From positions 8,763-72,762 of the forward strand of contig ONPU01000007.1 in assembly GCA_900319795.1 (NCBI GenBank): DNA of 64,000 nt, given 5' to 3'. The notes beneath the pieces are model-generated. The model saw nothing but the letters and a program-made list of their open reading frames with translations. It did not search any database and was not told the origin of the DNA. Position numbers and translations under genes: made by a program. This document shows positions 36,721-49,700 of the stretch, piece after piece. Origin of the DNA: an uncultured Eubacteriales bacterium. Lineage in GTDB: Bacteria; Bacillota; Clostridia; Lachnospirales; Lachnospiraceae. How positions within the stretch are numbered: position 1 is the stretch's first letter; each line of letters begins with the position of its first letter.

Positions 36721-37716
36721 ATGGCGAAGAAAACGTGCATAGGTGTGGAAATCGGCAACAGCCGCCTCAAAATAGCTGAAACAAGGGATGGTTCCCTCGT
36801 CCGTTTTTTTGCGGACTACGTTCCGGAGAATACGGTTCGCCAGGGTGAGATCATCCAGTGGGAAGCGATGGGAGATTTCCTGAAGGATTCGCTGAAAAAG
36901 GGCGGATTTTCGGGCAAGAAGGCCGCGCTTGCGGTTCCGGATGAGCTGGTATTCACCAGGAGAATCCGCATGCCGGCGATGTCGGCAGCCCAGCTGGAGG
37001 TCAACCTTCCGTATGAGTTCCACGATTTCATATCCGATGACAAAGAGAAATACTTTTACGATTACTCGATGATCGGCCTCATCCGCAACGAAGAGGACAT
37101 CGTCACGGAAATGGACCTTGTCGGCGTCGCCGTCTCGAAGGAACTGATGGACAATTATGTCAGCATGTTCAAACGGGCGGGCCTCAAGCTCATCACGGCT
37201 GCTCCGGCCAACAGGGCTCTGGAAAATCTGACCCGCCGCCTCGATCCGAAGATGGGTGAGTCCGATTTTGCCCTGCTCGACCTCGGAAGCAACGCGACGG
37301 TGGTAGATATTTTTTCAAATGGAATCTACCAGGTCACACGAAGCATCGAGACCGGCTGCCGCATGATCGCGGAAGCCGCCGCGGATGTGATGGGGACAGA
37401 TCCGCATATCGCTGAGCTATACATCCGTGAAAACCGCGAGCAGATCCTTTCGCACGAGCGCTGCCAGGAGCTCTATTCGCAGATCGCGATCGACGTCATG
37501 CGCGCGATCAATTACTATACATTTGAAAACCGCGACAATACGCTGGAGACGATCTATTACTTCGGAGGCGGCTCCTACATTCAGCCTCTGGTAAATGAGA
37601 TCGCCGACACGGTCCCGCTCCGGCTGATTCCGCTTGCGGATATGGCAAATACGGAGCTTACGAACGTCGAAGCCGTAATGAATGGCGCGGCAGCCTGTGG
37701 AATCTGCTTCAACTAA
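36721..37716 (+). CDS. pilM: PilM actin-like ATPase
   Basis: IGVEIG, LLDLG, FGGGS; position in the pil operon. Confidence 0.8.
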   Translation: MAKKTCIGVEIGNSRLKIAETRDGSLVRFFADYVPENTVRQGEIIQWEAMGDFLKDSLKKGGFSGKKAALAVPDELVFTRRIRMPAMSAAQLEVNLPYEFHDFISDDKEKYFYDYSMIGLIRNEEDIVTEMDLVGVAVSKELMDNYVSMFKRAGLKLITAAPANRALENLTRRLDPKMGESDFALLDLGSNATVVDIFSNGIYQVTRSIETGCRMIAEAAADVMGTDPHIAELYIRENREQILSHERCQELYSQIAIDVMRAINYYTFENRDNTLETIYYFGGGSYIQPLVNEIADTVPLRLIPLADMANTELTNVEAVMNGAAACGICFN

Positions 37717-37728
37717 GGGGGAATCAAA

Positions 37729-38445
37729 GTGGCGAAGCTTACATTCAAAAAGGGAAATTCGATCCTGTCGAAAAATATCGGCGGATCGGGCAGGTCTTCC
37801 GGCAAATATCCCGACAAGACCACCATCAACCTGATCCGGAACGAAAATGCGAAGGCAAACCGTCTGCGCCTTATTCTCTATCCGCTTCTGATCCTGGCCG
37901 TCGTCCTCTTCCTGAAGTTCGCGGTCTACGACCAGATCGCGAAGCTGCAGAAAGCCCAGCAGGAGTACATGATCGTGCAGGATCAGCTGATCTCGCTGCA
38001 GCAGTACAACGCGAGGTATGACGAGGTCAAGGCCAAATACGATGACGTGACCGAATGGTATATGACCGACGAGGAAAAACTGATTCCGGACAAGATGGAC
38101 ATCATTGAAATGCTCGAGGAAGACCTGATGCCCTTCGTCAAAATCCGCCAGGTCCAGGTGAGCGGCCATGTCGTTACGGTCCAGACCGGCGAAGCCAATC
38201 TGGAAACCGTCGCGAAATTCCTGCAGAAGCTCCAGACCGACAAGCGCAATTCCTCCGCGACGGTCACGACGACTTCGGCTACGAACACGGGCAATACGAA
38301 GAAAGAGACCGTCACGGCTTCTGTGATTATCTACTATACCGGCGGCATCGCCCAGGAAAATACCGAGCTCGACGCGGAAGCCCGCGCGAAGCTTCTGGAA
38401 TCCGCAGGCCTTACAGAGGAAGACCTGGCAAACGGCGAATCGTGA
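37729..38445 (+). CDS. pilN: PilN-like protein
   Basis: TINLI motif, single TM, coiled coil; follows pilM. Confidence 0.65.
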   Translation: MAKLTFKKGNSILSKNIGGSGRSSGKYPDKTTINLIRNENAKANRLRLILYPLLILAVVLFLKFAVYDQIAKLQKAQQEYMIVQDQLISLQQYNARYDEVKAKYDDVTEWYMTDEEKLIPDKMDIIEMLEEDLMPFVKIRQVQVSGHVVTVQTGEANLETVAKFLQKLQTDKRNSSATVTTTSATNTGNTKKETVTASVIIYYTGGIAQENTELDAEARAKLLESAGLTEEDLANGES

Positions 38446-38466
38446 CAAAGGTAAAGGAGAACAGAT

Positions 38467-39123
38467 ATGCTGCAGCGTGAATTTACATTTAAAGAGAAAG
38501 TATTGCTGGTGATCTTCATCCTGCTGGCAATCAGCATCTTTTACTATCAGTTTGTCTTCAAGGGCGTCAAAAACGGCATCCGCCAGTTCTCGACGGAGAA
38601 CCTGGAGGAGCAGATCGCGACCGAGACGGCGCGCATGTCCAAGATCAAGCAGATGGAGGATGTCATTGCCAACACCGAAAAGAAAGACCACGGCGAACTC
38701 TTTCCCTACAACAATCTGGCAAATGAAATCGCAACCGTCGGCAACATTTTAAATACCCGCGCCGACAACATTAACCTCACATGGAACGACGCGACCCTTA
38801 CCGGCACGACCGTACGCCGCGTGGTAAATGTCTCATTCCAGACGGACAGCTATAATCATTTTAAGGATATTCTGAAGGCATTTAACGAATGCAAATACCG
38901 CTGCCAGATCGGGGACATCAACATTTCCCCGAGGAGAACGACCCGCAACGGCTCCGATGAGAACGTCGGCCTGGAAAACGCGAACGAAATCTCCGCGTCC
39001 TTCACGGCGACATTCTTCGAAACCGTCGACGGAGCTACTTCGACGGAGGGACTGATCGTCATTTCCAGTGATGATTCGGACGGAACGGGTGCGCTGGCAG
39101 ACCGGGCGCATGCGTATGAGTAA
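38467..39123 (+). CDS. pilO: PilO-like protein
   Basis: FTFKEKVLL + TM + coiled coil, SYNHFKDIL; follows pilN. Confidence 0.6.
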   Translation: MLQREFTFKEKVLLVIFILLAISIFYYQFVFKGVKNGIRQFSTENLEEQIATETARMSKIKQMEDVIANTEKKDHGELFPYNNLANEIATVGNILNTRADNINLTWNDATLTGTTVRRVVNVSFQTDSYNHFKDILKAFNECKYRCQIGDINISPRRTTRNGSDENVGLENANEISASFTATFFETVDGATSTEGLIVISSDDSDGTGALADRAHAYE

Positions 39124-39169
39124 GAGACAGACGGGAAAAGATAGCTGTAAAATTTGATAATACACAGTA

Positions 39170-39220
39170 AAAAACAGAAGCAGGATGTCTGATTAGAAGA
39201 TTTCCTGCTTCTGTTTTATT
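39170..39220. terminator. bidirectional terminator
   Basis: AAAACAGAAGCAGGA...TCCTGCTTCTGTTTT. Confidence 0.75.
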
Positions 39221-39306
39221 TATGGCGCTAAATTGCTTGCCACTTGTGCAGTTGTTTTAATTGTTTATATAATTTTTCTCAGCTATGCTTTGGCGAGTGC
39301 ATCAAA

Positions 39307-39732
39307 TTACTGGGAAATGATCGCCAGCACAAAACTGACAAGATTCCCGACGATGACGGCCGCGAAGAAAAACAGGAACATTTCAAATCCGTATTTGACG
39401 ATCTCCTCAAAACGGAACTGATGAAAGGCAAAAAGCACAAGGGTTCCGGCTGCAGCGATGACAATTCCCAATCCGCTCATGAGCAGCTCGAATACTCTGT
39501 ACTGCGCCAGAGCGTTCTGTTTTGCTTTGAAATTGATCACGGACATCACGATTGAAAAGACTCCGACCGCATTGAGAAAAGCTCCTCCGAGGATCATGAG
39601 GAGTCCGGATCCATTGCCATGGAACATGGCGGAGAGGATTGTGGTCATAAGGCCGGGGAAGAAGAGGACTACACCGTTAAGAACCAGGATGAGGCCTGTG
39701 ATAATGTGGACAATCAGGTTATAGATGCGCAT
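39307..39732 (-). CDS. 4-TM hypothetical membrane protein
   Basis: Four hydrophobic helices; AAAGG RBS. Confidence 0.65.
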   Translation of the reverse strand: MRIYNLIVHIITGLILVLNGVVLFFPGLMTTILSAMFHGNGSGLLMILGGAFLNAVGVFSIVMSVINFKAKQNALAQYRVFELLMSGLGIVIAAAGTLVLFAFHQFRFEEIVKYGFEMFLFFFAAVIVGNLVSFVLAIISQ

Positions 39733-39771
39733 TTTGGTGTACCTTTTTGAATTAATATGTGTATGTGGCTT

Positions 39772-40119
39772 TTAAGCCTTTAAAGAGTCAAGCCTCTCTA
39801 CAACACAATCATCTATGAAGCTGTTCAGAGTTTGATTATGTGTCATCGCATAGATTGCGGCCCGTCTATGGGTATCAGGCTTTTTAAAACGAAGGTTAAG
39901 ACTGCCCTTATAAGCAATTTCAGGTTTTGTTCCATCCGCTTCGCACAGTGCGAGATAATCATCGACAGCGCCATGGAAATCATCCAGAAGCTCCTGAACC
40001 GATGTACCTTCGTAGGAGATCAGGGATCTGATGCCCTGTACTTTTCCATAGAGAATTCCGTCGCTTTCGGAAAACTCCACGCTGCCGACATATCCTTTAT
40101 ATTGCATAATATTGTTCAT
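39772..40119 (-). CDS. hicB: HicB antitoxin
   Basis: MQYKGYVGSVEFS..FHGAVDDYL..YKGSLNLR. Confidence 0.88.
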   Translation of the reverse strand: MNNIMQYKGYVGSVEFSESDGILYGKVQGIRSLISYEGTSVQELLDDFHGAVDDYLALCEADGTKPEIAYKGSLNLRFKKPDTHRRAAIYAMTHNQTLNSFIDDCVVERLDSLKA

Positions 40120-40373
40120 ATGAGTCCCTCCTGCTTCAACTGCTGAATAAGTTGCTTTACCTGATATTCCAGAAGCTCTTTCCGGGGATGAGGCTTATGC
40201 AGTAAGATCTTGGTTTGGTGTGTGGCACTTGTGAACATGACCCGGGAACCGCTTGTTTTTCCTTTATTGCTTCTTTGAAAATCAAAATATCCCAAAAGCG
40301 ATTCGGCATCGTCAAAAGTGAAGGTTTTGGGGTTTGATTTTAATTTGGCGATAAGCTTCTCTTTCTGTCCCAT
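40116..40373 (-). CDS. hicA: HicA toxin
   Basis: GKTSGSRV, LHKPHP..L.EYQVKQ; overlaps hicB start. Confidence 0.88.
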   Translation of the reverse strand: MGQKEKLIAKLKSNPKTFTFDDAESLLGYFDFQRSNKGKTSGSRVMFTSATHQTKILLHKPHPRKELLEYQVKQLIQQLKQEGLI

Positions 40374-40395
40374 AATGAGTGTCTCCTTTAATTGA

Positions 40396-40438
40396 ATATA
40401 ACATACTTCAGTTTGATAAGCAACTAATTCTAGTTGCT
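40396..40438 (-). promoter_or_regulatory. hicAB promoter with palindromic operator
   Basis: Minus-strand TTGCTT-N17-TATATT; palindrome AGCAACTA-attc-TAGTTGCT (40419-40438) overlaps the -35. Confidence 0.55.
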
Positions 40439-40458
40439 ATATTTAAGCGCACCGCAGG

Positions 40459-40489
40459 TGCACCACAGGTGCCAGACCCCTTTGGTGCA
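40459..40489. repeat. family B element
   Basis: TGCACCA-CAG-GTGCC-A-GACCC-CTT-TGGTGCA, flanked by a partial copy and a GCAGGGA..TCCCTGC hairpin. Confidence 0.85.
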
Positions 40490-40777
40490 GGGACAAATCC
40501 CTGCGATGCTGAATGAAATATGTAGTACAAAAAGAAATGATTTTCGATTATAAATTAAATACAGACAGACCTCGGAAATGAGCCTTTGATATGGCTTTCG
40601 AAACTGTGAAATTTCCATGTTTTTCGCTGTTTCGAAGACCTCTTTTATTGCGCTTGCAGGTCATAAGAGGTATACTTAATCTGTATATTTATCTTTATTT
40701 GAGACGAGAGTTAAAACTGCTTAACCAAGATTTTTTAAGCAATCATCAGATATACAAAAATGATAGGACGAACGACT

Positions 40778-43700
40778 ATGAAGAATTCCATCAGAGTCAA
40801 ACTGAAGAAAACAATCAGCCTTCTCAGCGCGTGCACGCTGCTGTTTACATCAGTCGCGCCGCTAGCGGAGACTATGCTTGTCACGAATGCCTACGCGGCG
40901 GAAGAAGCCATGGAGATTCCGGACGAAGAAGTTACGGAAATCCCGGAGGCTCCGGATTACGAGGAGGCGGCGGTCGAGGTACCGGATGCCGGTTCCGAAG
41001 CGGGAGATCCGGAATACCCTGACGAGAAACAGCCGGACGAAGCGGAAAGCTCTGATTCTTCTGAAGCAGTCGACGACGAGAATGCGGAAAGTGATGCTTC
41101 GCTTACAGCGGCGTCCTCGGGATCCAAGAAGGGAATCATTTACTGGAACAGCGACACTCCCGCAGTCTTCCTGGAAGGCGCCACGGACACGGTTCGCGTG
41201 ACAGTTTCCGCCGGAATCGGAGCATTTCCCGAAGGCGTGGCGATGAAGCTGAAGCCCGCCGATGACGAAAAGACCCTTTCGAGAATTAAGAAAACCGTTG
41301 AAAAAGACGGAGAAACCAAGGTAGCGGATGTTCTTGCGGTAGATATTACATTTGTGGATGCGGAAGGCTATGAAATCGAGCCCGCCGCCCCGATCTGCGT
41401 CACTATGACAGACCTGACCCGTACGGAGATCGCCGGCGAGATCGACCAGCATGGAAATGAAATCCGAATCGAAGCCGAAAAACCCGCGGAATCCGCCGAA
41501 GCTGCTTCAAATGAAGCCTCAGAAGACGCCGAACAGCCTGACGCTGATGAAAATGACATCGAAATCGCCGCGGAAGACGGCACTTCCGCGTCTGCAGACG
41601 GCACAGCTCTTGCCGTCCATATCGATGAGAAGGGCCGTGGCGAACTTCTGCCGACCCCGACTGACATCCACATCAAATGGAACGAAGAAGAAATAGAAGA
41701 TAACACGAAAGCTCTTCAGGAAGTCTTCGCTGATTCGTCCGTCATCTTTGAAGCAGACCAGTTCTCCGTGTATGCTATTGTGTATATGGAAGATAATACA
41801 GAAACAGTCTCCGAAATAGATACGGATGATTCTGAGGACACAGATGGTTCAGACTCAGGACTTGCCTGGCCTGAAAATACCCCGTCCGTTTTCCTCGAAG
41901 GCGACACAGATGACGTGCATGTCACTGTCGCTGCCGGAGTAGGCGTCCTTCCGGAAGGCGTAACGATGAGCGTCAGTCCCGTGACGGACGAATCCGTTCT
42001 GGATCAGATTCGCACGACAGCAGAGGATGCCGGGGATGAACCTGTGGCATTCGTCCAGGCAGTTGATATCCTTTTCTACGATGCCGACGGCAATGAAGTG
42101 AAACCGGCTGGCTCCGTCTGCGTCACAATGAAGGATCTGACAGAGGGATCAGATGCTTCTCCGGAAGGCAATGTCGCGGTCAGCCTCGACTCCGACGGCA
42201 ACGGCACTCTGCCCGAAACCCCTGAAGAAATCCACATCGAATGGAAAGATGACGAAATTGAAGAAAATACTGCTGTGCTGCAGCAGGTCTTTGCAGACTC
42301 CACGGTGATCTTCGAGACGGAGGAGCCGGGGGTTTGCGCGATAGTGACAAGAACAGTCACGAAGACTCTGGAAGCTTCTGACGGAAATGAATACCGGATC
42401 ACCGTCACTTACGACACATCCTCCGGAATTCCTGCAAATGCGGAACTTAAGGCCAGTGAAATCAAGGCAGATGACGCTGCCTATGAAAACTATGTCGAAA
42501 AGTCTGCCGAAGCAGTCGGTGATGTGGCTGAAAATGTCACGTTGGCCAGAGCTTTCGACATTTCCCTTGTGAACCCGGAGACGGGAGAAGAGTATCAGCC
42601 GGACGGAAGCGTCAAGGTGACAATCGAGCTTCTTAACGAAGATATCAGTGGGCAGGAGAATCTGAATGTGGTGCATTTCCCAGGGGCTTATTCGGAAGAG
42701 CCGGCTGATGGTGAGGTGCTGGAGAATTCACTGAAAGAAGGCGCGGTTGAGTTTGAGACGAGTGGGTTCTCGGTGTACGTGGTGCTCTGCACCACCCTCA
42801 GACAGACGCTGACTGCATCCGACGGAAACGAATATTTAGTCACCGCGACGTATGACAATACGTCCGGCATCCCCTCTGACGCCGAGCTTTATGTGTCGGA
42901 GATCAAAGAGGGTGAGGCTGGCTACGAAGAATATGTAGCTCGGTCTGCTGCCGCACTGGGCGAAAAGCCTGAAAATCTGGCGTTTGCGAGACCTTTCGAC
43001 ATCACTCTGAAGAATCCTCGGACAGGCGAGGAATACCAGCCGAATAAGAATGTTGCTGTTACCATCGAACTGCTGAGAGACGATTTGAATAGTTATGCGT
43101 CGGTGGACGTCGTCCATATCCCTGATGGAGTCGGTGAAGATGCCCAGGTCATGGATTCAACCGTGTACGGAGAATCCGTTGAGTTCGAGACAGATGGATT
43201 CTCAGTGTATGTTTTGACGGGTACGGACGCAGTTCCGCGCCGTACATATGAGTTTTACATTTGGAAGAATGATACTTGGGCTCCGTATATGTTTACATCG
43301 GATGCCGGTGCGGAGACTTCCAAGCAGACCGTTCGTAACGGTGAAATGCCCGTGGTACCCAATCCAACGTCCGATAGCGATGGGAAAGCGTTTGCCGGGT
43401 GGTATGAAAGCATTGAGAACAGTGATCCCATTGCTTTTGCAAATGAGCCATATGACTTTTTAAAACCTGTAACCGAAAATGAAGTGGTAGAGCTTTATGC
43501 TCAGTTTAAGGATTATCTCTATGTAGTTTTCCATGACCAGTACAGCGATGACTTTGGTGGCTTCCCGATAGCTGGCATTCGCCGTGGCGTGCCGGATGGG
43601 GAAGGAAAGGTGACGGTTCGAATCAGCGATCTAAGCACCACCTACAGTGGTGGAAGCGAGATGGCTTTCTTTGGCTGGTCATACAAGCCAATAACAGTTC

Positions 43701-46700
43701 CGGGTGCATCTACTGATGATTACGGTGACCCGGTTTCAAAAATCGATGCTGAGGAGATCCAAATATCTATTGATACACCCCTCTACCCGATTTACAGAGC
43801 GGTAAAGTGGCTGTCCTTCTGGTCTGGCCCGACCGGTTCGGGCTCAACTTACTATCCTGCGCAAAAGTATTTTGACGGTGTCGGGCCTTCTTCTCTTCCG
43901 GTGCCTGTCCGTGAGGGCTACACTTTCCAGGGTTGGTACGCTGGCGAGATGGATGGCGTAGGGAACGTAACATATGGATCGAATCCCCTTTCAAACACGG
44001 ACGGCAGTTTGATTAATGGCGCGTCTGATGGCGGCATGTCGGTATATGATGGACATCTGCACCTGACCACCGATACCACGTTGTATGCCAAATGGGAAGA
44101 GACGGCCGCCGTGAGCTATTCCGTCCAGATCGTAAAGGTCGATGGTGAGGGTACCGAGACGGTTGAAAAGACCTATGCGGAAACCGGTTCGCCCGGAACT
44201 ACGATCAATCTCGAAAAATACAAGTATGAAAACATAGACGGTTATCTGTATAATAGCTATGAGGGCAGCCTGACTGTCACTGCCGATGCCGTTCTGAAGA
44301 TACAATATACTCCTTATACCTCCGCTTCCACTTCTACCCTGACATTCCGTGATTCGGCTAAGGCTGAGACGGAAGATCCGATTAAGACGGTAAATGACGT
44401 GGCTGCCGGTGCCGATCTCATGGGGCACGTTCCTGCCGAGAGTCCTGTGCGGAACGGCTATAGCTTCAAGGGCTGGTTCCTGGATAAAAGCTGCACGATA
44501 CCTGCGCCTACGGTCATGCCGGATCATAGCCTCACGCTTTACGCAGGCTGGAATGTGAACTGGTACTTGGTTCGGATTGACCCGAATTACGGCGACTTCC
44601 ATGGAACTGGAGCAACCTGGACCTGGAAGACGATCGAGAGCGATCTTATTCAGGAGTACACTCAAGTCACCCGTGATTATGTTGAGTCCAGCTCTGGTAC
44701 ATACTACTATGTGAAGCATGACCGGGCTTATTATGGTTATTTTGATAACGAGTACTATAACGATGAGCCTTTGGAGCGTGATGCACATTATACCAATAAG
44801 CCCGGTGAAGCAACTGAGTACAAGACATTTGAGGAAGCTCCTGGAGTATATAGTTATGCGGGATGGTTTGAAGTCCTGCAGGATGGGACAGAGGTGCCGT
44901 ATGATTTCAGCAAACATGTTGATCATCATACCTTGATCCGTCTCCACTGGAAAAAAGCCGGTGAGTATTTCATCAAATACGATGCCGGAGAAGGCACAAT
45001 GGATACCGGTGGAAAAGAGGCAATTGATACCAATGTCTATGCGGATAATGCACAGATTTTGATCATGCGCGGCGCAGTTGCTCCAGACGGGTATACCTTT
45101 GCAGGTTGGAGCGTAAAGGGTGATACCAGTGGTACCGTATATAAACAGACTGATATCTTCACGCTTCAGTCTGACTATGCCATATCTATCAGTGGCAAGG
45201 AAACCGTCACACTGGAAGCTGTTTATGTAAAACTCGGAACGGCCAGTATTATCTATGATTTTAATGGTGGAACCGTTGACAGCAGCTTTGATTACGGACA
45301 TCCGGAAGAAGCAAATACAAATCTATCGATGGACGTGGCGGCCGATGGAAAGACCGCGACTGTTTCAGGCATCGTCAACAACAGCGGTTTCTATCTCAGC
45401 AACGGTATCGGCCTCACCATGGCGAATGCTATACTCAAAGGATGGAGTAATAAAAAAGTCTATAGCGCCAGTGGTTCCGAAGCTGCGTTCTATGAGCTTG
45501 GGCCGAAAACAGAAGAGGAGACCACTGCAAAGAAGGGTCTCTACGGCGTTGACACGGAGGAGCCCATCACCCTCTATGCGGTCTGGGAAGTAAAGGCAAC
45601 ATACCATCTAAACGTTCCTGACGGGGAAGATTCCAGTCTGTATAATTGGGGTGGTACCTGGGACACAACGAAGTATTCAGAAGAAGGAGGGAACTATTAC
45701 CAGACCCTTTATACCGGAAATAGTATAACAGAGCCCGCACATGTACCTGGATATACAGGAACAGAAAGCAAAACCTTCCTTTATTGGGCGACAAAAGACG
45801 GAGATAATTATACAGCATACGACTTTTCGCAGCCGGTGACGGGTGCGCTGGATTTGTATGCCTTCTGGGGTGTAACCCAGGAGATCACAGTGCACGCTGT
45901 CGTTGCATCGGCGGAAACGTTGGTTGATGCTACTAATACAGTCGGCTGGGGCGTTGAAAATATCGAAGCAGGAACTGCGGTCACACCGCTTACGGAAACC
46001 AGTCATGTGGCTGCACCGGCTGATTATGCCTTTGCTTTTGCGGCTGTATCTTCAAATCTGGATGCTGTTTCAATAACAAACGAAGTAACAGCAATTAAAT
46101 ATGACAGTTCCAGCAGGAAAGTTCTTGTTCAGTATAGAGGCGAGAGCAACTTCAGAGTCCTTGGCGACAACAGCGATATTTACTTTGTTTACTATCAGAG
46201 GAAAGAACTGACTATCGGTAACAAAGAGATGGGCCCGAGCGGCGTCCTGACTGATGTGACAGGTATGTCAGATGGTTCAACAGGAAGTACATCTGAAGCT
46301 CTTCTGGGTAGCTACGTTATGCCGACAACAGGTGTTGACTATTTGGCGGTTGCTAATGCTCACAGCCACACCTATACTAACTATGCATTTGCTGTTGGCA
46401 GGGTAGACCCGAAAGATGGCACACAAATGAACGCCTCCGACCTGAGCCTGATCACAACAGCAGCGGCAGCAGGCGATGCGGTACCGACCCTTCGAATTAG
46501 AAATACCTGGCGTGGTTTCGAGTATGCAACGACAACTGGCGATGATGCAGTATGGACGAACTGTGGATATGCACCAGAATTATACGTTGTCTATTATGAA
46601 CAGAAACCTACAGTAATCATGTTCGGCGAAGAGACCGTCGGGTTGAATACGAGCACAGTTATTGGAAAGTCATTTACCTTTAATCTCCTGGTAACGCAGA

Positions 46701-49700
46701 CGACTACAAATGCTCAGAAACAGCGTAAGGACGGCGAAAACTGGGTTGATGATGGTGCTCTGGTTGATGTTACTTCAGAAGTCTTCAACACGGCTGTAGC
46801 ACCAAACACACCATATATACTTACAACCGGAGAGGCTAATTCTGCCATCCTGTTCTATGGAACACCGGCTGCGGGGACGCAGGTCGGAGAAGAATTCGCT
46901 GAAGGCAGCAATACGTATCGATATGTGGCTACTGCGGACAGCGTTACTTCGCAAACAGCTGTCATAACACAAACTGCCGATCCCAAATTTACCACATCTA
47001 TTAATGGAACGGTTCAGACCGCTGAGCCTTACAGTTATACCTGCACATCCGATGGAAATGGCGGCACAAAAAACGTTACCTTTACCAACAAGCATAAAGC
47101 GGTTGAGGTAGAGGTGCATGTCGCGCGCATTGAGGATGGGGCGATTGCGCTTCATGACGATCTGCGTAGCACGACGGACCCCACAACATACAAATTCTCC
47201 TTGGAAATTGATGGGGAAGCAAATATCCTGACCAGCCTTCCTTCAGAGAATGTGTATTCTGACACCGATTACGCCTTCGGCGCAGTCGTTTATGGTGGAG
47301 ACAATGGGACTTCTGTGACCATTGCCAATATGGGCGTGGCATCCATTGCTTATGCATCGGCATCTGGCAATACCTATGAGCTCTTACTGAAGGACAGTGG
47401 TGGCATTCAGCTTGACGAGCTTGGCACTTATAAGGTTTACTATCTGTATTATCCGATGCCCAAAATCCAATATGTAAAGCAGGATGGAACAACACTCTCG
47501 CTGATTCGCGGCTCCACAGACGGGATCAATCCGAGCACCACCATTACCTATGGCGGTGCGACCCTCAAGATGAACGAGCTGGATGTGGTGCAGGATCAGC
47601 GCATTTCCATGCCGCTCTCCGGCCTTCACATCAGTCAGGCATCCTCCAGTACCACCTTCAAAATGCCGCCCATCCTGGATGATGAAACCTATCAGCGTTA
47701 TCTAGCCTACAGCAGTATAGGGGTGGGCTCCGGCCTCTCTTCAGGGCAGACGCAGGATGTTTCTGAGCTTGGATCGAATATCAGCAATGGCCTTGAGATG
47801 TATCTAAAGATCAGCAATAACGCGCTTTCCTGGAGCTTCGACGGCAGCGACTGGACGCCGATGGATGATTCGCAGGCGATCTATGCCATTTATAGCGAAA
47901 GCGGCTACGATCTGCAGCTTTCCAAAGTGGTTGATACTTCTGTCAGTGGGCCCAATCCGCTCTTTACAGGCAGACAGTTCACGGTGACCATCGAGCCAAC
48001 CGGCGGGAACTCCTTTAATAAGAGCCAATATGAGATCGAAGGCTACTCCACGGACAGCGTCTCTGTCGTTGATGGAAAGCTCACGTTGTCTGTGGTAGAT
48101 GAGACAAAGGTCAAGATCCACGGCCTGAGACGCGGTGGCTATACCGTCATGGAGTCTAACAATGACAACTTTGATCTGTCGGCTAAATCTGGGCCGATCG
48201 TTGACAACGCAACGACGACGGAGACAGTCACAAACAGCAGCTTCAGCATCACTTTGGATGGGGAAAAGCAAATTGTGTTGACCAATAAACCTAAAGCAAT
48301 CTGCGAAGTGACTACCGGCGACGAAACAGACGGTGTGCTGTTCTACACTCTTTCCGATGCCATTCAGTACATCGTGGACAACATCTCTGACGGAACAGCC
48401 AATATTGAGATGCTGACTGATTATGTGATGCCTGCCGCAGACACATTGACGATCCCTTCCAACGCACATATTACCTTGATGACGGCAACGACCGGAACGC
48501 AAAAATACAGTGGTTCCGGCAGAGCGGTGATCAGTCGCAGCGCGGAGCTGACTTCTGCTTCGATGATCACTAACAGCGGAGAGCTCAAGCTGATCAATAT
48601 TACGCTGGACGGTAAATCTGTTTCTGCCTCTGAGCCGATGATCCATAGCACGGGTACGCTCACGGTGGATCGCGGTGTCACGCTACAGAACGCAATCAGC
48701 AGCGGCAACGGTGGCGCGATATATGCGACGGGTACCGTATCTATCATCGGAACGGATGCGCTGAACCTGAAGAACAACCAGGCGACGAACGGCGGTCTGC
48801 TCTATTACGTCGGCACCGGCACAGTAACAATCTCTGGCGGCAGCATCACCAGCAACAAATCCACGGATAACGGCGGTGTAGTCTATGCCACAGGCGGTAC
48901 GATTACGGTGTCTGGGGGTACGCTTTCCGGAAACAGCGCTGCAAACGGCGGCGTGATCTATACGGAGAACGCCGTCACAGAGATTAGCGGTACTGCGTCC
49001 GTTTCCGGAAACAGCGCTGCAAACGGTGGCGTGATCTATTCCACAAGTGGCACGATTACGGTGTCCGGCGGCAGCGTATCCAGTAACTCCGCCACTGCAA
49101 ACGGCGGCGCGATCTATGCGGGCACTGGCAGTGTTACAGTGTCCGGCGGAAGCATGGTCGGAAACAGGGCTAATGGCAACGGCGGCGCGATCTATGTAGG
49201 TTCTGGTACTGTCACTGTGTCTGGTGGTACCATCAACGGCAGCAGCGCGACCAACGGTGGCGCGGTCTATACTGGCAGCAGCAATGTGACGGTATCCGGC
49301 GGTAGCGTGTACGGAAACACGGCCACGACCGACGGCGGTGCGATCTACGCCCTGAGCGGCGGTGTAAACATTTCCGGTGCCGCAACAGCTCTGTACAATA
49401 ATATAGTAACAAATGGAAACGGCGGCGCGATCTATGCAGGCAGCGGCGCGGTCACTCTGGCCGACGCGAAGCTGTACACCAATACGGCAGCCAACGGCAA
49501 CGGCGGCGCGATTTATGTGGACAGCGGTTCGGTTACGGTGAACAGCGGCATTATCGGCGGGGATAACGGCGGCAACAGAGCCAAAAACGGTGCCGGTATC
49601 TTCATCCATACTGGCAGCGGCACCTTTACTGCTGGATTTATCAATAAGAATATCGCTTCCGAGGGCGGCGCTGTGGGCGTTGGCTCAACTTCGGCGCGCC

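Noticed and set aside
39112-39130. Tn5/Nextera mosaic-end contamination (TAAGAGACAG)
   Set aside because: Only the last 10 nt match contiguously and they include the natural pilO stop; likely chance.
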